DNA of 44,277 nt, taken from IMG/VR virus record IMGVR_UViG_3300020374_000007, positions 1 through 44,277 of that record; one strand, 5' to 3'. Source of the stretch: a virus (lineage: Duplodnaviria > Caudoviricetes). The translations under genes were made by a program, and so were the position numbers. The notes below the pieces were generated by a model. It was not told where the DNA came from. It made no database searches and was given only the letters and a program-made list of their open reading frames with translations. Positions 37,944 through 44,277 of this stretch are shown in pieces (the first letter of the stretch is position 1; the number at the start of each line of letters is the position of its first letter).

Positions 37944-40900
37944 ATGGCAAAGTATTTAAGTAATAAATTTAAATCATTAAAGATTGGAATAGATGGATTT
38001 AGTGATAATTTAACTAGTCTCGAAATAGTTGGTAAAGTTGGTATAGGTGCAACATTATCTCTTAATTCTGTAACTGGAATTGTAAGTGCAGTTTCTTTTA
38101 AGAAAATTGGTGGAACATCATCTCAATTTTTAATGGCTGATGGTTCAACTAACACTTCAACATTTCTCACATCATATACAGAAACTGACACATTAGATAA
38201 TGTATTAGGAAGAGGTAACATATCTGGAATTGGTCTTAGTGTAGGGGTGGTTACATCTACAAGTTTTAGAGGAGATTTAATTGGTAATGTAACTGGAAAT
38301 ACTTCAGGTAATGCAGGAACTGCTACTTCTTTAGCAACTGCAAGGACTATAGGTGGTGTATCTTTTGATGGAACTTCAAGTATAAATTTACCAGGTGTAA
38401 ACGCAGTAGGTAATCAAAATACAACTGGTAATGCTGATACTGCAACTACTGCAGGAACAGTGACAACTGCTGCTCAACCCAACATAACTTCTGTTGGAAC
38501 ACTCGCATCACTAACTGTTCAGGGTAATGTATCAGTTGGAGGAACTCTTACATATGAAGATGTCACGAATGTTGATGCACTGGGCATTGTTACTGCTCGA
38601 TCTGGAATTCATGTAGGCCCTATAAGTGCAGGAGTTGCAACAGTAACAACGGATGGTAGTGCAACATTTATTGGAATTATAACTGCAGCATCATTTGTTG
38701 GTGATGGTTCAAACTTAAGTAATTTACCAGCTAGTGGGATTAGTGATGTCGTATCCGATAGTTCACCGCAGTTGGGAGGTAATTTAGATGTTAATGGGAA
38801 GGATATTACTGGAACTGGTAATGTCAATCTTACTGGTATAGTAACTGCAACAACATTTAGTGGTTCTGCTACTTCATTAACAAGTATACCTGCTGGTAAC
38901 TTAACTGGTACAGTTGCTGATGCAAGAATATCAACACTGACTGCATCAAAACTAACTGGAGCACTTCCTGCAATTAGCGGTGCAAATTTAACTGATGTTG
39001 TAACTGGTACTGGTAATATTGATACATCAGGAACTTCCACTTTCAATCAATTAAAAGTAACTGGTATCGCAACATTCCAATCAAATATTGGAGTTGCAGG
39101 TTCAGTTACCACTGATTTATTACACGTTGGATATAGTACTTCAATTCCGTTAGCATTAGGATTTGATCCATCTATTCAACAGGTAGGAACTGATAATAGT
39201 TCATCTACTCTTGGATTATACAGATTTAGTGCAGATACAGCTGCACCGAGTATTAGGTTTATTAAATCAAGATCTTCAAATCCTTCCTCAAGAGGTCTTG
39301 TACAATTTAACGATGAACTGGGTAGAATAACTTTCATTGGGGATGATGGAAGTGATTTGGCAAACGGTGGTGCAAGAATTTCTGCACACGTTGATGGTGT
39401 AGCAAGTGCAACAGCAGACATGCCAGCAAGATTGTCTTTCTATACAGCACCCGATGGAACAGCAGGTGGTCAAGAAAGATTAACTATAAAAAACGATGGT
39501 CTTATTGGTATTGGAAGTGTGCTTCCAACCCAAATGTTAGATGTAGGTGGTAATATAAAAGGTGTTAGCATATCAGCAGGTAGTTCAATTACTGGTACAA
39601 ATTTATATGGTACACTTGCTTCAGGCGATGTTGCAACATCTGCCAATAGTGTAGTTTTAGGTAGAGTGTCAGGTGGTGCTGGTAGTGTAGAAGAACTTAC
39701 ACCAGCACAAATAAGAACACTACTTAATGTTGCCGATGGTGCGACTGCTGGAAGTGGTATCGGTAATGTTGTTGAAGATGGTACACCCGAATTAGGTGGA
39801 TATTTAGATCTTAATAATAAAGGAATATTTGGTGTTGGTGTCATCACTGCGACAAGTTTTGTAGGTAGTGGTGCAAGTCTTACTGCTCTACCACCATTAA
39901 CTAATTCCAAGTCAGTATTAAATCCAAGTTATCCTCAGACTGGGACATTTACAGTGTGGCTTGCTGCTCGTTATAATACCACCTGGGATCATTATATGAT
40001 TGACTCTGGAAATTTTGGTTCTGGAGTTTCTGCTGATAGAACTGGTAATATCAGTGGTGCTGATGTTGACATCAATATTAATGTGGGTGATACATTAATA
40101 TTAGATACTGCCACTCAAGCAACTCTCAACAATGCTGCAGGCCCAACATCCATTAAAACAACACCAGGAACTGGAAGTGCAAATAGAGTTTCAAATCCAG
40201 CAGCAACTAATAATGGAACTAGCAGCAGTAACATCACTTGGACTCCCACTGTTGCAGGTACTTACTATTATCAGAATGAGAGTCGTGTTAATATGAGAGG
40301 ACAGATTATAGTATCACCTACTGCGTCACCACCTGCGTCTAAATTTATTAGCGATATAAATTTCAACTCAGAAGGTAGAGTAGTTGGAGTAGTCACATTT
40401 AATGGAATTAATGCTGGATCTAAAGCTACTAGAGGTATTATTCAAATTCATGACGATCCTAATTTAACAGTTAATACAGGTATCGTTTCTATTACACAAT
40501 CGTTAAATCTCACTGGAATTGTAACTGCAGCATCATTTAGTGGTTCTGGTATCGGATTGACAAGTTTACCTGCTGCACAACTTACAGGTTCTTTACCTGC
40601 AATTAATGCTGCAAACTTAACGAATCTGTCATCCTCACAACTTACTGGTGCACTTCCAGCAATCAGTGGTGCTGCTCTAACTGGCATACAGTATACTGGC
40701 ATCACAACAATATCTGGACAACTAAATCTTAATGGAATGTCCAAAGAGACAATTAATATAGTTGCAAATAAATTAAGTGCAGCTACTAATATTGATCTTG
40801 AAGATGGTCTAGTTCATTATTTCTCAACCACAGAAACTGCAGATGCAACTCCTAATATACGTTTTAACAGTTCAACTACATTAAATTCAAAACTAAGTGT

Positions 40901-41117
40901 TGGAGATTCTGTTACAGTTACAATAATATCCGTAACTGATAATACTAATGATTCTTACGAACAATTAACAATAGATGGATCTGCGGTAACTGAACAGTGG
41001 TTAGGTGGAGCACCTCCTGGTGGTGGTTCTAGTGGATATGATGTATACACATACCAAATCATAAAAACTGCAGATGCCACATATCTCGTATTTGCTAATA
41101 AAGTTAACTTTACTTAA
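37944..41117 (+). CDS. Mosaic tail-fibre-like protein (1057 aa)
   Basis: TARTIGGVSFDGT, AAQPNITSVGTL, GGTLTYEDVTNVD, PQLGGNLD and LTGALPAISG repeats; cupredoxin-like insert; W.GG.PP...DVY.Y.IIKT C-terminal domain. Confidence 0.85.
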   Translation: MAKYLSNKFKSLKIGIDGFSDNLTSLEIVGKVGIGATLSLNSVTGIVSAVSFKKIGGTSSQFLMADGSTNTSTFLTSYTETDTLDNVLGRGNISGIGLSVGVVTSTSFRGDLIGNVTGNTSGNAGTATSLATARTIGGVSFDGTSSINLPGVNAVGNQNTTGNADTATTAGTVTTAAQPNITSVGTLASLTVQGNVSVGGTLTYEDVTNVDALGIVTARSGIHVGPISAGVATVTTDGSATFIGIITAASFVGDGSNLSNLPASGISDVVSDSSPQLGGNLDVNGKDITGTGNVNLTGIVTATTFSGSATSLTSIPAGNLTGTVADARISTLTASKLTGALPAISGANLTDVVTGTGNIDTSGTSTFNQLKVTGIATFQSNIGVAGSVTTDLLHVGYSTSIPLALGFDPSIQQVGTDNSSSTLGLYRFSADTAAPSIRFIKSRSSNPSSRGLVQFNDELGRITFIGDDGSDLANGGARISAHVDGVASATADMPARLSFYTAPDGTAGGQERLTIKNDGLIGIGSVLPTQMLDVGGNIKGVSISAGSSITGTNLYGTLASGDVATSANSVVLGRVSGGAGSVEELTPAQIRTLLNVADGATAGSGIGNVVEDGTPELGGYLDLNNKGIFGVGVITATSFVGSGASLTALPPLTNSKSVLNPSYPQTGTFTVWLAARYNTTWDHYMIDSGNFGSGVSADRTGNISGADVDININVGDTLILDTATQATLNNAAGPTSIKTTPGTGSANRVSNPAATNNGTSSSNITWTPTVAGTYYYQNESRVNMRGQIIVSPTASPPASKFISDINFNSEGRVVGVVTFNGINAGSKATRGIIQIHDDPNLTVNTGIVSITQSLNLTGIVTAASFSGSGIGLTSLPAAQLTGSLPAINAANLTNLSSSQLTGALPAISGAALTGIQYTGITTISGQLNLNGMSKETINIVANKLSAATNIDLEDGLVHYFSTTETADATPNIRFNSSTTLNSKLSVGDSVTVTIISVTDNTNDSYEQLTIDGSAVTEQWLGGAPPGGGSSGYDVYTYQIIKTADATYLVFANKVNFT

Positions 41118-41119
41118 AT

Positions 41120-41995
41120 ATGTCACCACTATCCTCAGTCCCTTCTGTAGGAGGGGCAATATCACAAAAGAATGCACTTCCCATCGTAACCGAAAATTTA
41201 CGTTTTTGGGTTGATGCTGATAATAATGATATTGGTCATTCTGGCACTTACATGTATAATCAAGTGAAGGGGCCGCAAGCTGGTACGAATAATTATAGAA
41301 TATATTGTCCAAATGCACCATCTTATAATTATCAAGCAACTCTTGATGGTAGAACTGTATCATACTGGGACTTTGATGGAACCAATGATTATGGGTATGC
41401 TGATGATGGAGATGAGTATTCAGATTTAGATTTGAGTGATGCTTATAATGGGACAAATGGTGATTTTACAATTGAATATTGGGTAAGATCAGATATTAAT
41501 TTATATAATACTCTCAGATTCCCATTAGCAAGATGGTCAGGCAATAATAATGATCAAAGATCTTTTTTATTTGGATTTGAAAGTAACCAATATGAAGGAA
41601 TGCTTTGGAGAAATGCAAGTAACTCATGGCATAGAACTTATATAACTACGACAAATAGTCTTGCTACATTTGCCAAAGATGTATGGCATCATTATGTTTG
41701 GTCATTTAGAAAAATGGATCCAGACAATTTTCCATACTGTAGGAGTGTTATATATTGGAATGGTGCACTACCACCAGGATCTTATTCAACTAACCCATTT
41801 ACAGGTTGGAATAACCTTGCTCCACATGATGGTGGTTCGAGAGGTCTATATGTTGGCACACCGTGGTCTTATGATTGGTGTTGGGACGGTCAGATGTCCA
41901 TACTTAGACTGTATAATGGTAAGGCATTAACAGCAAATGAAGTAAAAAGAAATTATAACGCAGACGCAGCAAAATTTGGTTTAACTCCTATATAA
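41120..41995 (+). CDS. LamG / concanavalin-A-like lectin domain protein, putative adhesin
   Basis: L.FWVDA, FDGTNDY, FTIEYWVR, WHHYV, WDGQMSILRLYN.KALTANEV.RNYNA. Confidence 0.85.
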   Translation: MSPLSSVPSVGGAISQKNALPIVTENLRFWVDADNNDIGHSGTYMYNQVKGPQAGTNNYRIYCPNAPSYNYQATLDGRTVSYWDFDGTNDYGYADDGDEYSDLDLSDAYNGTNGDFTIEYWVRSDINLYNTLRFPLARWSGNNNDQRSFLFGFESNQYEGMLWRNASNSWHRTYITTTNSLATFAKDVWHHYVWSFRKMDPDNFPYCRSVIYWNGALPPGSYSTNPFTGWNNLAPHDGGSRGLYVGTPWSYDWCWDGQMSILRLYNGKALTANEVKRNYNADAAKFGLTPI

Positions 41996-42004
41996 AATAA
42001 AAAA

Positions 42005-42316
42005 ATGAGATTTGAAAATAGACATTGGATTGTATTTGATTACTCAGAAATATCAAAAATTAATTTTGAAGAAGTATGTGAGTATTCAATAAATACCGTA
42101 AGAAAATCCCTAGATGGCACACAAGTTTTTGTTAAATGGGAGGGTGATACAACACCAGCATCCGTGGCAGGTCTTAGCACATATTCAGGCCCATATAACC
42201 ATACACAGATTAAAGAAATTTTGTCAAATTCTGATTGGCATAGTTCTGATTCATTTGATTTCGATTCAACGAATAATCCTGACCGACCACACATTCCAGA
42301 ACCTGGAACTGAGTAA
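42005..42316 (+). CDS. Hypothetical protein (103 aa), possible partner of the LamG protein
   Basis: ORF track; INFEEV.E.S..TVRKS.DG...FVKW. Confidence 0.8.
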   Translation: MRFENRHWIVFDYSEISKINFEEVCEYSINTVRKSLDGTQVFVKWEGDTTPASVAGLSTYSGPYNHTQIKEILSNSDWHSSDSFDFDSTNNPDRPHIPEPGTE

Positions 42317-42356
42317 GGAGCAGATGTCTAAATATTAAGATGGAGAACGAAGAAGA

Positions 42357-43220
42357 ATGAAGTCATTTAAAGATTTTAAAAAAAGTGTAGCAGCGATTGC
42401 TAAGAAGAAGGAAGAAAAGAAACCTCAAAAGGCCATGGACGCTGGTGCAAGAGGAAGACGTATGTTGCAGAGAAGAGAGTATGCTGCAAAAGTATCTTCA
42501 TTTATTCCTGACGATTTAAAAGACCATAAAGTTTATGAAAGTAGTCTTGCTAGAATAAAAAGCAAATCTGACAAAGGTGGCATAGCCACAATGTCTGCAT
42601 CCAGAGGTGATAAGTCTGCAAAAGAAAATAGAGCACGAGCAAAACAATTAGATCGTGACATAAAAGGTAAGGGTTTACCTGGTGCAACTAAAGTAACTGG
42701 TTCATATATGGAGAAAGATAAGAAGACTGGTGAAGAAAAGAAAGTTAAAGAAAGAAGTCATGTCGTCTCATCAGGTAAGATGGGTAAAAGAAAATTTAAG
42801 AAGACAGTAAAGGCACTTGGTAAAAAGTATGGTCAAGATTCTGTGTTGACACAAACTAAAAAAACTGGTACACTATCAGCAACAAGGAAAGGTGGTTTGG
42901 GTAAAGCAAAAAGAATAGGTGTAGGTAAGTTTAAACCACAAGGTAAAAATCCAGAAGGTCAATCACAAATCAAAGGTAAAACATTTACCTATGAATCATA
43001 TCTTCGTGTTCAAGAAAGAGGCAAAACATATACAATAGTTCTTAACTGGAGAGGTAAGTTAATTAATACCCAAATGTTTATTGCGTCATTTAAAAGACCA
43101 ACAAAAGCAGAAATGACTGCAGAAGTGCAAAAAGTATATCCAACTGCAATCGTAATGTATTTCAGCCCATCTCCAGTAGATCCAACTAAACCTATGCTGT
43201 TTGCTGGTCAAGAAACCTAA
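42357..43220 (+). CDS. Three-part late protein with central SAM lyase (T3 gp0.3-like) domain; putative internal head protein
   Basis: SASRG...EN.AR, TGSYME...KERS.VV and LGKKYGQDSVL motifs; MKSFKDF N-terminus; TCTAAATA at 42327-42334. Confidence 0.6.
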   Translation: MKSFKDFKKSVAAIAKKKEEKKPQKAMDAGARGRRMLQRREYAAKVSSFIPDDLKDHKVYESSLARIKSKSDKGGIATMSASRGDKSAKENRARAKQLDRDIKGKGLPGATKVTGSYMEKDKKTGEEKKVKERSHVVSSGKMGKRKFKKTVKALGKKYGQDSVLTQTKKTGTLSATRKGGLGKAKRIGVGKFKPQGKNPEGQSQIKGKTFTYESYLRVQERGKTYTIVLNWRGKLINTQMFIASFKRPTKAEMTAEVQKVYPTAIVMYFSPSPVDPTKPMLFAGQET

Positions 43221-43227
43221 ATTCGTC

Positions 43228-44277
43228 ATGAGTGAAATTTATCTTGGTAATCCGAATCTAAAAAAAGCAAATACACAGATTCAATTTTCTGCAAACCAGA
43301 TTGAAGAATTTATGAGGTGTAAAAATGATCCGATCTATTTTACACAAAAGTATGTAAAGATTGTAAGTTTGGATGAAGGTCTTGTACCATTTAAACCTTA
43401 CAAGTTTCAAGAAAAATTAATTAAAAGATTTCATAAGAATCGTTTTAACATCTGTAAGATGCCTCGTCAGACTGGTAAGTCAACGACTGTGGTATCTTAT
43501 TTGCTTCATTATGCTGTTTTTAATGATAGTGTAAATATTGGTATATTGGCAAACAAAGCTGCAACTGCAAGAGAATTATTAGGAAGATTACAAACTGCCT
43601 ATGAGAATCTTCCAAAGTGGATGCAACAAGGTGTGTTGGTATGGAACCGTGGATCATTGGAGTTGGAAAATGGATCTAAAATCTTGGCTGCGTCTACCTC
43701 TGCTAGTGCAGTCCGAGGTATGTCTTTCAACATTCTTTTTCTGGATGAATTTGCCTTTGTTCCTAATCACATTGCTGACTCGTTCTTTGCCTCTGTATAT
43801 CCTACTATCACTTCTGGTAAAAAAACCAAAGTCATCATAGTTTCTACTCCACATGGTATGAATCATTTCTACCGACTGTGGCATGATGCAGAAAGACAAA
43901 AGAATGAATACACACCGACAGATGTTCACTGGTCTGAAGTACCAGGTAGAAATGCAAAGTGGAAGAAACAAACGATTGCAAATACTTCAGAGCAACAATT
44001 TAAAATTGAGTTTGAATGTGAGTTCTTAGGATCAATTGATACTTTGATTGCTCCAAGTAAACTTAAATCTTTAGTCTATGAGAATCCAATACAACAAAAT
44101 GCAGGTTTAGATGTTTATATTCCACCAGAGAAAGGTCATGATTATTTGATGACAGTTGACGTAGCACGAGGTGTAGGAGAAGATTATTCTGCATTTGTTT
44201 TAACTGATATTACTGAGTTTCCACATAAAGTTGTAGCAAAATATCGAAACAACGAAATTAAACCAATGTTGTTTCCA
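43228..44277 (+). CDS. g17: Terminase large subunit gp17 (5' part, runs off the window)
   Basis: Translated by hand: YLGNPNLKKAN, Walker A MPRQTGKST, Walker B FLDEFAF, VSTPHGMNHFY, nuclease motif TVDVARG..DYSAF. Confidence 0.97.
   Translation, partial: MSEIYLGNPNLKKANTQIQFSANQIEEFMRCKNDPIYFTQKYVKIVSLDEGLVPFKPYKFQEKLIKRFHKNRFNICKMPRQTGKSTTVVSYLLHYAVFNDSVNIGILANKAATARELLGRLQTAYENLPKWMQQGVLVWNRGSLELENGSKILAASTSASAVRGMSFNILFLDEFAFVPNHIADSFFASVYPTITSGKKTKVIIVSTPHGMNHFYRLWHDAERQKNEYTPTDVHWSEVPGRNAKWKKQTIANTSEQQFKIEFECEFLGSIDTLIAPSKLKSLVYENPIQQNAGLDVYIPPEKGHDYLMTVDVARGVGEDYSAFVLTDITEFPHKVVAKYRNNEIKPMLFP

Noticed and set aside
39948-40316. Plastocyanin (petE) auxiliary metabolic gene
   Set aside because: It is an internal domain of a fibre protein, lacks copper ligands and has no signal peptide.
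33400-41995. Diversity-generating retroelement acting on the adhesin genes
   Set aside because: No reverse transcriptase in the window, and no near-identical TR/VR pair differing at adenines was seen.
899-43971. Numerous minus-strand and alternate-frame ORFs of 60-150 aa
   Set aside because: All overlap well-supported + strand genes and look like antisense or frame shadows of biased codon usage.
43228-44277. Intein or intron in the terminase large subunit
   Set aside because: The frame is open and ATPase-to-nuclease motif spacing looks normal within the window.

Overview
Virion morphogenesis and packaging region of a T4-like marine myovirus. Gene order and sequences fit the cyanomyoviruses (Kyanoviridae-like); the host cannot be determined from this window. 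A ~850 bp non-coding region with back-to-back consensus sigma70 promoters, phased repeats and inverted repeats comes first. It is followed on the + strand by a GT-A glycosyltransferase-like gene, several small conserved genes, g25-g6-g7-g8, a VrlC-like giant structural gene, small structural genes and g13-g14-g15-g16. An ~11.8 kb variable island of fibre/adhesin-like genes then precedes the 5' part of g17 (terminase large subunit). Main leads: (1) a T3-type SAM lyase-like domain in the late gene just upstream of g17, flanked by possible prohead-protease sites and preceded by a capsid-targeting-like N-terminus; (2) a circularly permuted MAM-like domain; (3) a two-cassette, modular fibre island; (4) codon-level avoidance of GGWCC sites; (5) a candidate structured ncRNA/origin region. 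All family assignments come from motif recognition by eye and from recalled sequences, not from database searches.
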